Positions 11,855 through 26,450 of a stretch of 64,000 nt of DNA are shown here, one piece after another. The translations under genes and the position numbers were made by a program. Every line of letters starts with the position of its first letter. Position 1 is the first letter of the stretch. Below the pieces are notes generated by a model. The model did no database searches and was not told the DNA's origin. It worked only from the letters and a program-made list of their open reading frames with translations. The stretch is from Octopus sinensis (taxonomy: Eukaryota), in contig NC_043024.1 of the NCBI RefSeq assembly GCF_006345805.1, positions 19,158,001 through 19,222,000 of the forward strand, in the 5' to 3' direction.

Positions 11855-12276
11855 AAAAAATTAATGACTTGATTTGGTCATCATCTGTAGTGGATGGTCT
11901 GCCTGATCGCTCTTTATCAATATGGCTACAATCTCCAGCTCGGAACCTTGCGAACCACTTCCGTACAGTTCTTTCGGGTAAAGAAACATCACCGTAAACT
12001 GCACATATTTCTTTGGTTGCTTGTGAGGCATTTTTCCCTTTACAGAAAAAGAAAAGCATCAAGTGCTGAAAATGAACTTTCTTATCTTCCATTTTAAAGG
12101 GTTACAGAATTAACACAGGTTATAGGAACATAAACCTTCTTCCATGAAAAGATAGCTTAAACTGTGATCTAAATGGAGGTGTAATCAAATCCTATTTTAT
12201 AGACTCAACCATGTTCTAAAATAAGTCGAAAGGTAAGCTACCATAAATCGGCACGAACTCTCCAGACAACCCAATA
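11855..12276 (-). mobile_element. Mariner 5' half: TIR plus transposase N-terminal HTH
   Basis: MEDKKVHFQHLMLFFF.KGKNASQATKEICAVYG...VRKWFARFRAGD...ERSGRPS; TIR TATTGGGTTGTCTGGAGAGTTCGTGCCGATTT at 12245-12276 next to TA. Confidence 0.9.
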
Positions 12277-12559
12277 TAATTATTATTATCAATTGGTGAG
12301 CTGGTTGAATTACTAGAACATTGGACAAAATGTTTTGTGGAATTTCTTGTAGATCTTTACGTTCCCAGGCCAAATTATGCCAAAGTCGGTGTTTACTTTT
12401 CATCCATCTGGGCGAGAGGGGGAAAATAACAAAATAAGGCACCAGTATAGAACCAAGGATAATACAGCTTACTCTTCTCCGAAACTTGCTGGCCTTTTTG
12501 CCAAAATTTCCAACCATCAATACTGTTATTATTATTATTATTATAAATAAAAAATAAAT

Positions 12560-12807
12560 GCGCCCTTTTTTAAAGCCTAGCCAGTATCATGGTCCGGTTT
12601 CCCGGTTTCTATGGGGCATGTGTTCCCCAGTTGGATGGGATGCCAGTCCATCACAGCGTTACTCATTTTTGTCATCTGAGGGGACTGGAGCAACGTGAAA
12701 TGAAGTGTTTTGCTCAAGAACACAATGTGTCACCCGGTCCAGGAGTCGAAACCACAATCTTACGATCATGGTGCTGACACCCTAACCACTAAGCCACGCA
12801 CCTCCAC

Positions 12808-12808
<1 letters not shown>
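12560..12808 (-). mobile_element. tRNA-derived SINE family 4 (CORE/MIR-like)
   Basis: Shared GAAATGAAGTGTTTTGCTCAAGAACAC motif; similar copies near 18190-18430, 29010-29220, 31880-32212, 38300-38500, 60790-60945, 62020-62140 and 63040-63265. Confidence 0.75.
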
Positions 12809-12840
<32 letters not shown>

Positions 12841-12859
12841 ATTTTGTAGTAGTAGTTAT

Positions 12860-13068
12860 TATGGCAGAATCGTTAGCACACTGTGCGAAATGCTTAGCGG
12901 TATTTCGTCTGCCGGTACATTCTGAGTTCAAATTCCCCCTAGGTCGACTTTGCCTTTCATCCTTTTGGGGGTCTATAAATTAAGTACCAGTTACGCACTG
13001 GGGTCGATGTTTGTCTGTCCTTTTTTGTCCTCTCTGTGTTTAGCCCCTTGTGGATAGTAAAGAAATAA
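12860..13068 (+). mobile_element. SINE family 2
   Basis: GGCAGAATCGTTAGC head and Deu/Nin-like core. Confidence 0.85.
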
Positions 13069-13069
13069 A

Positions 13070-13096
13070 TTACTATTATTATTATTATTGTTATTA

Positions 13097-13131
<35 letters not shown>

Positions 13132-13164
13132 TTGTAGTGGTAGTTATTATTATTATTGTTATTA

Positions 13165-13201
<37 letters not shown>

Positions 13202-13223
13202 GTAGTGGTAGTTATTATTATTA

Positions 13224-13285
<62 letters not shown>

Positions 13286-13310
13286 TGTAGTAGTAGTAGT
13301 AGTAGCATTA
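13070..13310. repeat. (TTA)n microsatellite
   Basis: Direct inspection. Confidence 0.95.
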
Positions 13311-13687
13311 TTGTCAATTTTTGAACTGGAGATAAACTTGTATTTACAGTTCAACTAACACACGATAGGCGTTTGGTAATATTGCTTGCGATGCATTAAG
13401 AACATTTCGAGCGTTTTCATTGGCCAGAACTAAATTGAACCTGACATTATAAACCAATGAGCTATTTTACACTCACTTACTTTGCACAGCTCTCACTTCT
13501 CAACTTCAGAAATATCACAAAAACCACCGACAGAAAATTACATGAATTATTACTGTCAGTCAAATGATATCAAATAATACTGGAAGTCACGTTAAATATC
13601 TATCTATCTATATATATATATATATATATATATATGTCTATCTATTTATCTATCTATCCATTTATCTATCAATCTATCTATCTATAT

Positions 13688-13876
13688 ATCATCATCATCA
13701 TCATAGTCGTTTAACGTCCGTTCTCCATGCTAGCATGGGTTGGACGGTTCGACCGGGGATCTGGGAAGCCAGAAGGCTGCACCAGGCTCCAGTCTTATCT
13801 GGCAGTGTTTCTACAGCTGGATGCCCTTCCTAACGCCAACCACTCCGTGAGTGTAGTGGGTGCTTTTTACGTGCCA
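13688..13876 (-). mobile_element. RTE 3' tail fragment
   Basis: Reverse complement of 7490-7680 including the (GAT)n tail. Confidence 0.92.
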
Positions 13877-14421
13877 TATATATATGTCTATCTATCTATA
13901 TATGTATATATATATGTCTATCTATCTATATATGTATATATATATGCTATCTATCTATCTATATATATATATATATTGTCTACCTATCTATATATATCTA
14001 TATAATATATGTCTATCTATCTATCTATATATATATATATATGTCTACCTATCTATCTATCTATATATATAATAGTCTATCTATCTATCTATTATATATA
14101 TATGTCTATCTATCTATCTATATATATATATATGTCTATCTATCTATCTATATATATATATATGTCTACCTATCTATCTATCTATATATATATATGTCTA
14201 TCTATCTATCTATATATATATATATATGTCTACCTATCTATCTATCTATATATATATATGTCTATCTATCTATCTATCTATTATATATATATGTCTATCT
14301 ATCTATCTATATATATATGTCTATCTATCTATCTATCTATATATATATATAATATAAATATGTCTATCTATCTTCTATCTATATATATATGTCAATCTAT
14401 CTGTTTATCTATCTATCTATC

Positions 14422-14508
<87 letters not shown>

Positions 14509-14575
14509 TATCTATCTGTTTATCTATATATCTATCTACCTGTCTATATATATATATGTCTGTCTATCTATCTGT

Positions 14576-14640
<65 letters not shown>

Positions 14641-14839
14641 CTATCTATCTGTTTATCTATATATCTATCTACCTGTCTATATATATATATGTCTGTCTAT
14701 CTATCTGTTTATCTATCTATCTATCTACTTACCAAATTTCCTGCATACCTGTCTCTCTACATATTTATCTCTCTCTCCATCCCTCCCCTTATATCTTTTG
14801 CCCACGCACATAGACACACACACACACACACACACACAC

Positions 14840-14901
<62 letters not shown>

Positions 14902-15080
14902 ATTTATCTATATTTGTATGCATACACACACATATTTATTTACTTATGTACATATGTATGTGTGGACATATATGTACATTCATACACAAATGCATCTATA
15001 TAAATATATATATTATATATATATATATATGCATGCATGTATGTGTGTATATATGTACAGGTGTGTATGTATGTATTCCT
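13877..15080. repeat. Compound (TATC)n/(TA)n/(CA)n microsatellite
   Basis: Direct inspection. Confidence 0.95.
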
Positions 15081-15363
15081 GTATATGCTAAAGTCTTTCC
15101 TTGTTAAAATCTAATCGTCATTGTCTGCTGTGTCAAAGTCAACCGAAAACACTTAACTTCGTATGATGGTCAAAAGCACTTAACAAACCAATAAGCCCCA
15201 ACTATGCAGGCGTTTATTTTGCTAGAAATAGCAGCTAAAAATATTGCAAAGCCATTTATCAGGTTAAAGAACACGGTTAAGATCGGTTCTAATACATCAG
15301 GGAAAATATTTGATCTGTAAAAATTTTTATTATGGCTTGTTGTTTCACATGACATCTTAATTG

Positions 15364-16430
15364 AACGTTATGATGGTAATGATGAGGATGTTGATGACAG
15401 TAATGATGATGATGATAGTACTGATGATGATGATGATGAGGGTGTTGATGACAATAATGATGATGATAGTACTAATGATGATGATGATGGTGATGTTGTT
15501 GATGACAATGACAACAGCAATGATGATGACAACAAACATGATGAGAATGATGATGATGATGACAAACATGAAGATAATGATGATAATGGCAATATTAATG
15601 ATGATGATGATGATGGCAGTGATGATGACAATGATGATGATGATGATTGTGATGACATTGTCAATGATGACAACAAAGATTTGGATGATGGTGATGATCA
15701 TGGTAATGGTGATGTCCACCATGACAAAGATGGCAATGATGACGATGATGATGACAACGACGACGATGATGATGCTGCTACTGCCAATAAAGATGGTAAT
15801 GATGAGGATGATGACGATGACAACAATGATGATGCTACCGCCAATAAAGATGGAGATGATGACGACGATGATAATGATGATGATGAGGATGATGACGATG
15901 ATGATGATACCACCAATAAAGATGGCAATGATGATGATGATGATGACGATGATGATGATGATGCTACCGCCAATAAAGATGGCAATGATGATGATGATAA
16001 TGAGGATGATGACGATGAGGATGATGATGCTACCGCTAATAAAGATGGCAATGATGATGATGAGGATGATGACGATGATGATGATGCTACCGCCAACAAA
16101 GATGGCAATGATGATGATGATGATGAGGATGATGACGATGATGATGATGCTACCGCCAACAAAGATGGCAATGATGATGATGATGATGATGACGATGATG
16201 ATGATGATGCTACCGCCAATAAAGATGGCAATGATGATGATGATAATGAGGATGATGACGATGAGGATGATGATGCTACCGCTAATAAAGATGGCAATGA
16301 TGATGATGAGGATGATGACGATGATGATGATGCTACCGCCAACAAAGATGGCAATGATGATGATGAGGATGATGACGATGATGATGATGATGATGCCTCC
16401 ACCATCAATAAAGATGGCGATGATATCCAT
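15364..16430. repeat. Degenerate (GAT)n array with about 45-54-bp higher-order unit (GCTACCGCCAATAAAGATGGCAAT)
   Basis: Unit recurs about 12 times; block duplication with about 246-bp offset (15963 vs 16209). Confidence 0.92.
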
Positions 16431-17681
16431 TTTTCCCATACAAACATTTGCCAATCCACCATATCAATCTAAATAACAGTTCTGCTTTGCACATTCCCAA
16501 TATTCAAAGAACTTTACCGAAAATGCTGAAAGTTGCAACCCAAAATTATTTTGCTAAGTAAACAAGTAATCTTTATTTGGCTTTTTGTATTTTGTTTTTG
16601 TATTGATGTACACCCTTTACTTTTTACTTATACATACATACACACATACATATATATACATACATACACACATATATATATATATATATATATACATACA
16701 TACTTACATATATATATATATATATATATGCTCCTTTATACATATATATATATATATAATATATATACATACATACTTACATATATATATATATATATAT
16801 GCTCCTTTATACATATATATATATATATATATGCTCCTTTATACATATATAAATATATATATATATATATATGCTCCTTTATACATATATATATATATAT
16901 GCTCCTATATACATATATATACATATATACATGTATGTATATGTTCATTTTTCTATATTTATTTCATGTTTTCATGGATGAGATGGTTTATTCGAGTTGG
17001 TACATTTGTGGTTGGAGCAATTTATATTTACAGATGGGTGTATTTCCTACAAATAAAGCGCTCAACAGTGAAGCAGGGAGTGGAATCCGTTTTGATTTTT
17101 ATCATCCTCATCATCACCATGCCCATCATCACCATCAACATCACCACCACCACCCCACCATCGTCGTTGTTGTTGTTATTATTATTGCCGTAACAGTGAT
17201 GTTTTTGATGATGATGTTAAACATCGTCATTGTCATCGTCATTGTCATCATCATCTTCACCACCATCCAAAACCATCAGCCACACCATCGTTCTCAACAT
17301 CACCATCATCTCCAACATCATCATCACCATCATCATCATCATCCTCATCAGTACTATTATTATTATTATTATTATTATTATCATCATCACCACTGTTGTT
17401 GCTATTACTATTGTCATTATTATTATTATTATTGTTGTTGTTGTTATTATTTCCCTGTTCAGTCAAGTCGATTGAAGCCAGAAGAGTTTCGTGACTTACT
17501 CAGGAATAAAAAAATCAATGACAACATCCCTCCCTCATTACCTTTCCTCCTCCTCCGCCTCCATCTTATTTTCCATGCCTTCAATATACCAGCACATTGG
17601 ATGCCATGATTCCTATTCTGGGTTCTCTAATCCTTGTTCCTCTCACCACAGATGGAAACCAGATAAGATCTATTCACCCGT

Positions 17682-18070
17682 CAGATTATTCCGTCAATTC
17701 TTTCAGGTTATTCCATCAATTCTTTGAGATTATTCCGTCAATTCTTTCAGATTATTCTGTCAATTCTTTCAGATTATTCTGTCAATTCTTTCAGATTATT
17801 CTGTCAATTCTTTCAGATTATTCCGTCAATTTTTTCAGGTTATTCCATCAATTCTTTGAGATTATTCCGTCAATTCTTTCAGATTATTCTGTCAATTCTT
17901 TCAGGTTATTCTGTCAATTCTTTCAGATTATTCCGTCAATTCTTTCAGATTATTCCGTCAATTCTTTCAGATTATTCCGTCAATTCTTTCAGATTATTCC
18001 GTCAATTCTTTCAGATTATTCCGTCAATTCTTTCAGATTATTCTGTCAATTCTTTGAGATTATTCCGTCA
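17682..18070. repeat. 22-bp minisatellite GATTATTCCGTCAATTCTTTCA, about 17 copies
   Basis: Direct inspection; variant unit recurs at 132-bp spacing (17706, 17838). Confidence 0.95.
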
Positions 18071-18879
18071 AATGTATTGCTTCTTTATTCATATTGCTTT
18101 GACATTTATCTGGCACCCCCGTCATTTACGATGTTAAGGATTCCAGTTGATCTGGTCAACGGAACTGCCTGCTCCTAAAATTAACATGCAAGTGGCTGAG
18201 TACTCCACAGACACACTTACACTTTTGTGGTTCTCAGGGAGATTCAGCATGACACAGAATGTAACAAGGCCAGCCCCTTTGAATTACAGGTATGCACTCG
18301 TTTTTTCCGGCTGTGTGGAATGGAACAATATGAAATTAAGGGTCTTGCTCAAGGGCACAACATGCTGCCAGGAATTGAACTCACAACCTTACGATCATGA
18401 ACTGATTACCCAAACCACTAAGCCATGTGCCTTATGTTTCGACATAATCCTTCATTATCTCATACTTTCATAATTACAATGATGTGATTGTTTCTTTTTA
18501 GAATGACATTGTCTGGTAGGTGTGAGAGGCTGGATCTGGCTGGTTTGACTATAAAAGAGGGTGAGTATTTTGGCTGGATATGGGGGCCAGTTTAATTACT
18601 AAAGGATCAAATGATGACTCTATAAGGAGGAGTGGAGAAGAGTAGGGTCCAGAGCCCTACTCCTTAATCTTGCCATTGCTGAGCCTTATTATATAATCAT
18701 TTGTCATTTTTGCCTATGTCCACCTTGAAGAGATGATGACAATGTCTTCTTGTCCTTCTTCCCCCCTCCCCCCCCCCCAACATTAGGGATGGTATCCAAC
18801 CATATAAACATTGGCCAAAACTGAGACATTGGAGCAGGACATTGTTCTCACACCTGTTGCATCCTATCAAATAATCCAA

Positions 18880-21200
18880 CCCATGATGATGATGACGATT
18901 ATGATGATGATGATGATGATGACGATGATGTTAGTCGTGGAGGTGATGGTGATGGTAGTGATGATGATAATAATAATATAATAATAATAATTGTGTACAG
19001 TGCTCAGGTGCACTACAACTCATCTAAAGTGTATATAAAATCAGGTGTAGTTTTGGCGGATTTCGGAAAGCATGAGGGCCTTAAAGGATGCAGTATCATG
19101 GCAGTCAACAACTGATGACAATGATGATGACAATGATAACAATAAGGATTACGATGAAGGTGATGATGATAATGACAACAACGATGATGATAATGATAAT
19201 GACAGAGGTGAGGATAATGAGAATATGATGATGATGTTCATGTCTGATGATTGAAGGTGGAAATGATGATTGAGATGATGGTGATGATGACGATGATGAC
19301 GATGATGACGATGAAGATGATGATGACAACGATGATGACGATGATGATAACGAAGATGATGATGACAATGATGATGATGATGACAATGATGATGATGATG
19401 ACAATGATGATATGATGACAATGATGTTATGATGATGATAACGAAGATGATGATGACAATGATATGATGATGATGACATGAATGATGATATGGATGATAC
19501 GAAGATGATGATGACATGATGATGACGTGATGATAACGAAGATGATGATGACAATGATGATGACGATGATGATAACGAAGATGATGATGACAATGATGAT
19601 GATGATGATGATAACGAAGATGATGATGACAATGATGATGATGATGATGATAACGAAGATGATGATGACAATGATGATGACGATGATGATAACGAAGATG
19701 ATGATGACAATGATGATGACGATGATGATAACGAAGATGATGATGACAATGATGATGACGATGATGATAACGAAGATGATGATGACAATGATGATGATGA
19801 TGATGATAACGAAGATGATGATGACAATGATGATGACGATGATGATAACGAAGATGATGATGACAATGATGATGATGATGACAATGATGATGATGATGAC
19901 AATGAAGATGATGATGACGATGATGACGATGATGACAATGAAGATGATGATGACAATGATGATGACGATGATGATAACGAAGATGATGATGACAATGATG
20001 ATGACGATGATGATAACGAAGATGATGATACAATGATGATGATGATGACAATGATGATGATGATGACACATGAGATGATTATGACGATGATGACGATGAT
20101 GACAATGAAGATGATGATGACAATGATGATGACGATGATGATACGAAGATGATGATGACAATGATGATGATGACAATGATGATGATGATGACAATGAGTG
20201 ATATGATGACAATGATGATGATGATGACGATGATGACGATGATGACAATGAAGATGATGATGACAATGATGATGACGATGATGATAACGAAGATGATGAT
20301 GACAATGATGATGATGATGACAATGATGATGATGATGACAATGATGATGATGATGACAATGATGATGATGATGACAATGATGATGATGATGACGATGATG
20401 ACGATGATGACAATGATGATGATGATGACATGATGATATGATGACGATGATGACGATGATGACAATGAGATGATGATGACAATGAAGATGATGATTACAA
20501 TGATGATGACGATGACAATGATATGATGATGACTGATGATGATTATGACAATGATGATGATGATGACGATGATGACGATGATGACAATGAAGATGATGAT
20601 GACAATGATGATGATGATGACAATGATGATGATGATGACAATGATGATGATGATGACAATGATGATGATGATGACAATGATGATGATGATGACGATGATG
20701 ATGATGATGACGATGATGATAACGAAGATGATGATGACAATGATGATGATGATGACAATGATGATGATGATGACAATGATGATGATGATGACAATGATGA
20801 TGATGATGACAATGATGATGATGATGACAATGATGATGATGATGACAATGATGATGATGATGACGATGATGACGATGATGACAATGAAGAATGATGAACA
20901 AGTGATGATGACGATGACAATGATGATGATGATGACAATGATGATGATGATGACAATGATGATGATGATGACAATGATGATGATGATGACGATGATGACG
21001 ATGATGACAATGAAGATGATGATGACAATGATGATGATGATGACAATGATGATGATGATGACAATGATGATGATGACAATGACAATGAAGATGATGATGA
21101 TGATGATGATGACAATGATGACGATGATGATGATGACGATGATGATGATGACGATGATGATGATGACGATGATGTTGACGATGATTGTGATGATGGTGAT
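18880..21200. repeat. About 2.3-kb (GAT/GAC)n array
   Basis: Direct inspection; contains many phase shifts. Confidence 0.95.
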
Positions 21201-21589
21201 GTAAAATCTCGTATGCTGCTTTTGTTTCCTGATGTTCACATCGTCACCTGTCAGTACAATTTCGTCAAATCATTGTAAAAAAAGTGCGCTTAGCAATGTC
21301 AATGTCCTGAGTTCAATTCCTACTTGGAAAAATGTTGTTTCCCAAAATCTCAAGTTGATCCATACCTTGTGATTGTAAACTGGGTGGATAGCAACAGCAA
21401 CAAAACTGGTCGGGTGGATTGTACCCCTAATTTCAAAGGCATAGCCTTGTCATGCTATATTATGTTGATTCTAGCTAAGAATTGTGTTAAGGGAAAACAT
21501 GTCTGTGGAATTCTCGGTCACTTATGAGTTAATTCAAGGGGAGGTAACTCAGTTGAGATCAAGCAAGTGAATCATCATTGTCAACATCT

Positions 21590-21722
21590 GAGATTCACCA
21601 CAACCATGACCACCATCACCAACAGCTTAGCCAAACGACAGCCATGACTACCAGTGCCACAATAATCAGTAGCAGCAGTGCCACCACCACCACTACCACC
21701 CTTACTGCTACCACTATTAATG

Positions 21723-21762
<40 letters not shown>

Positions 21763-22690
21763 CATATAACCACTCGTACCAACACAGAACTTACCTCCAT
21801 CACAACTGCCATCACCACCACCACCACTGCCACAACCATCAACACGACCACAACCATCACCATTACCACCACCACCACTACCATCACAACCACCATAAAC
21901 ACTACCCTGCCACCACTACCATCATTACAATGACCACCACATCACCATCTCCACCATTACCATCACTACAACTACTATTATTATTATTATTATTACTACT
22001 ATTATCACTTCTACTACTACCACCGCCACATAACTACTGGCACCAACACACATCACCCCACCACCATCACCACCCCTACATAAACAACATTATCACTATG
22101 ACAACCACCACTATCACCACCACCATCACCACCACTACCACACAGCCACCATCATCACCACCACAACTATCACCACCACCACCACCACCATTACCATCAC
22201 CACCACCATCACCACCACCACCATCACCACACAACCACCACCATCATCACCACATAACCATCATCACCACCACCACCACTATCACCACCACCACATCACA
22301 CCACCATCACCACCACCACACAGCCACCATCATCACCACCACCACTATCACCACCACCACCACCATCACCACACAACCACCACTATCACCACCACCACAT
22401 CACACCACCATCACCACCACCACACAGCCACCATCATCACCACCACCACTATCACCACCACCACCACCATCACCACACAACCACCACTATCACCACCACC
22501 ACCACATCACACCACCACCACCAACACCATAGCCACCATCATCACCACCACTACTATCACCACCACCACCATTACCACCACCATCACCACCACCACCACC
22601 ACCACACAGCCACCACCATCACCACCACCACCACCATCACCACACAACCACCACAACCATCACACCACTACCAACACCACCACCACTGAG
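21590..22690. repeat. (CAC/CAT/TAC)n compound array
   Basis: Direct inspection. Confidence 0.95.
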
Positions 22691-22919
22691 TCTTACGCAC
22701 TTAATTTTGATTGTAAAGATGCTGTACAATGAAAGCACATGAGTATGAGGGATGCCAAAATGGCTAGAAATGATGGTGCAGGGCTCAGAGTCTGATGAAC
22801 AACATTGAATAAATTGTTGGTGAATTTATATCATCCAATCTTCAATGGATGCATTAGGAAAATTCTACCAAAACAGCTGTTGTGAATTTTAAACACCATT
22901 TGTGCTTACTTTTATATTT

Positions 22920-23519
22920 ATAAATGTATATATATATGTATATATGCTTATGTATGTATATATATATGTATATATGCTTATATATGTATATATATATGTA
23001 TATATGCTTATATATGTATATATGTATATATATATGTATATATGCTTATATATGTATATATGTATATATGTATGTATATATATATGTATATATGCTTATA
23101 TATGTATATATGTATGTATATATATATGTATATATGCTTATATATGTATATATGTATATATGTATGTATATATATATGTATATATGCTTATATATGTATA
23201 TATATATGTATATATGCTTATATATGTATATATGTATATATATATGTATATATGCTTATATATGTATATATGTATATATGTATGTATATATATATGTATA
23301 TATGCTTATATATGTATATATATGTATATATGCTTATATATGTATATATGCTATATATGTATATGTATATATGTTATATATGTATATATGTATATATGTA
23401 TGTATATATATATGTATATATGCTTATATATGTATATATGCTTATATATGTATATATGTATATATGTATGTATATATATATGTATATATGCTTATATATG
23501 TATATATGCTTATGTATGT

Positions 23520-23558
<39 letters not shown>

Positions 23559-23560
23559 GC
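22920..23560. repeat. TA-derived minisatellite (TATATGCTTATATATGTA-type units)
   Basis: Direct inspection. Confidence 0.95.
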
Positions 23561-23569
23561 TTGTGTATG

Positions 23570-23765
23570 TCATCATCATCATCATCGTTTAACGTCCATT
23601 TTCCATGCTAGCATGGGTTGGACGGTTCAACTGGGGCCTGGGAAGCCAGAAGGCTGCACCAGGCCCGGCCTGATCTGGTAGTGTTTCTACAGCTGGATGC
23701 CCTTCCTAACGCCAACCACTCCGTGAGTGTAGTGGGCTCTTTTTACGTGCCACCTGCATAGGTGA
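23570..23765 (-). mobile_element. RTE 3' tail fragment
   Basis: CCATGCTAGCATGG and (CAT)n. Confidence 0.92.
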
Positions 23766-23811
23766 TGTATATATATATATATATGTATATGTATTTATTT
23801 ATATTACACTT

Positions 23812-23975
23812 AGGCGCAGGAATGGCTGTGTGGTAAGTAGCTTGCTTACCAACCACATGGTTCCAGGTTCATTTCCATTGCATGGCACCTTGGGCAAGTG
23901 TCTTCTACTATAGCCTCGGGCCAACCAAAGCCTTGTGAGTGGATATGGTAGATGGAAACTGAAAGAAGCCCATCA
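23812..23975 (+). mobile_element. SINE family 1 head half
   Basis: Ends at the internal (TA)n. Confidence 0.85.
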
Positions 23976-23976
23976 C

Positions 23977-24014
<38 letters not shown>

Positions 24015-24019
<5 letters not shown>

Positions 24020-24099
24020 GAAGAGATGATTGCATTATTCTATATTATATTTATTCCCTCTGGTATAATCTTAATGTTTTCTTCGAAACATATGTTGGA
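24015..24099 (+). ncRNA. Type I hammerhead-like motif with long stem II (family D)
   Basis: TCC CTGAAGA GATGA...TCTTC GAAA C ATAT G TT GGA; homologue at 56840-56925. Confidence 0.55.
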
Positions 24100-24494
24100 A
24101 GTATAAATGATTTGAATAATACCTGCGTTTGATTCCATTTCTTAATTTATCTGTTATACAAAAACATTTCACTTAACCCTGGAATTTCTATCTTTATAAG
24201 TAGGTTGTAATATCCAAGGCATTTATGTGAATTTTTGCTACCCTGGTAATTATCCATTTATTTTTTCCATGTTATTTGTACACATTGAAAAATACACATA
24301 CATTTATATATATATATACATATACATTTGCGCACGCACACACCAAACACACACACACACACATACATATATGATGGGATTTTGAAAGGTGTCACAAAGG
24401 CTTGGTTGAAGGCTCAACCTTCCGTGTTCTTTTACAGGGCTTAGAAAAACTGAAGAATTTTGGCAATAATGATGAGAATCTGAGAGGGGAATAT

Positions 24495-24893
24495 ACTCTT
24501 TACTCTTTTACTCTTTTACTAGTTTGTCATTTGACTGTGGCCATGCTGGAGCACCGCCTTTAGTCAAGCAAATCGACCCCGGCACTTATTCTTTGTAAGC
24601 CTAGTACTTATTCTATCGGTCTCTTTTGCCGAACCGCTAAGTTACGGGGACATAAACACACCAGCATCGGTTGTCAAGCGATGTTCAGGGGTCAAACACA
24701 GACACACAAACACACACACATATATATACATACATACATACGACGGGCTTCTTTCACTTTCCGTCTACCAAATCCACTCACAAGGCTTTGGTTGGCCTGA
24801 GGCTATAGCAGAAGACACTTGCCCAAGTTGCCACGCAGTGGGACTGAACCTGGAACCACATGGTTGGTAAGCAAGCTACTTACCACACAGCCA
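24495..24893 (-). mobile_element. SINE family 1
   Basis: Full copy. Confidence 0.9.
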
Positions 24894-25360
24894 CAAAATC
24901 ATAATTAACTGATCCCCTTGCATTTTCTTTTACCCAAAGCCAAGAACTTTTCAGCACCCCCTCATGTGTGTGTGTGTGTGTGTACACACACACACAATGA
25001 TGGTGCTCCAGAATGGACACAGCCTCTAGTTGAAAATACTAAAGGAATAATATATAAAACTTTTGGAAATGCCAGTATAAAGAGAAAAAGACAGAGAGAT
25101 AGAGTGAATGTGTATGTCCGTGTATATATATATGTGTGTGTTTGTGTGTACGTGTGTATGTATGTGTGTGTCTGTGTAGAATGGTAGTCATCTGCTTTCA
25201 TTATTAAAACATAAGTCGAGAAGCAGAGGACAACAGTTGCATTCATCTCACCGTATTCTTCCTCATCTGTTTTCATTTTTCATTTCCGAAAGAGATATTC
25301 ACCCCACCCCATAACATAAGAAGAAATGTCAAGCACTCAATACTCACCAATCCACTTTCA

Positions 25361-25534
25361 TCATTGGAGCTTATCTTTCACAAGGTTAGCAGCTTCAGAA
25401 AATCTAATACCGTGATATCTTGCTTGCACGTCATTAACTTGCGAAAATATATGTCTTTCCATCAATAAAGCAAGCTCGCTGTCAATATCATAAGGATTGT
25501 TATCTTTATTGTCAAACCAAAAGACTGACCACTG
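25361..25534 (-). CDS. Candidate terminal coding exon, unidentified protein (QWSVFWFDNKDNNPYDIDSELALLMERHIFSQVNDVQARYHGIRFSEAANLVKDKLQ*)
   Basis: 57 open codons starting exactly at a tgttag acceptor, TACTAAT upstream, non-repetitive sequence; no family recognised. Confidence 0.35.
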   Translation of the reverse strand, partial: QWSVFWFDNKDNNPYDIDSELALLMERHIFSQVNDVQARYHGIRFSEAANLVKDKLQ

Positions 25535-25770
25535 CTAACATTTGGTTTTGTCAAAGCATATCTTGTTTAAATTAGTATTTCCAAAGGTAAAATGCTGCTA
25601 TCAGCCGAGTAATTACACATTCTTGTAATTAGCTGCTCGTTATTTATTTATGCTCAGAAAAATGAAAAATGGACATCAAGTGCATGCCAAAAAAAAATAA
25701 TGCAATACCTGACATTTCTACCTTGAGTGAGTCGGTTCTTATCAAGGTGTTGTTACTATTCGACAGAATT

Positions 25771-25978
25771 TACTCTTTTTACTTGTGTCAGTCATTTGAG
25801 TGTGGCCATGCTGGAGCACCGCCTTTTAGTCAAACAAATCGACCCCAGGACTTATTCTTTGTAAGCCCAGTACTTATTCTATCGGTGTCTTTTGCCGAAC
25901 CACTAAGTTACGGGGATGTAAACTCACCAGCATCAGTTGTCAAGCAATGTTGGGGGACAAACACAGACACACAAACGT

Positions 25979-26012
<34 letters not shown>

Positions 26013-26450
26013 ACATACACTCACACACACATATATATATATATACATATAAAGGCAGCAAACTGGCAGAAACGTTAGCGAGCCGGGCGAAATGCTTAGC
26101 GGTATTTCGTCTGTCGTTACGTTGTGAGTTCAAATTCCGCCGAAGTCGACTTTGCCTTTCATCCTTTCGGGGTCGATAAATTAAGTACCAGTTATGCACT
26201 GGGGTCGATGTAGTCGACTTAATCCCTTTGTCTGTCCTTGTTTGTCCCCTCTATGTTTAGCCCCTTGTGGGTAGTAAAGAAATATATATGATGTGCTTTT
26301 TTCAGTTTCCATCTACCAAATCCACTCACAAAGTTTTGGTCGACCCGAAGCTATAGTAGAAGACACTTGCCCAAGGTGCCACACAGTGGGACTGAACCCG
26401 GAACCATGTGGTTCGTAAACAAGCTACTTACCACACAACCACTCTTGCAC
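25771..26450 (-). mobile_element. SINE family 1 interrupted by a family 2 SINE (26051-26283, + strand) in its internal microsatellite
   Basis: Tail half 25771-26040 and head half 26287-26450. Confidence 0.88.
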
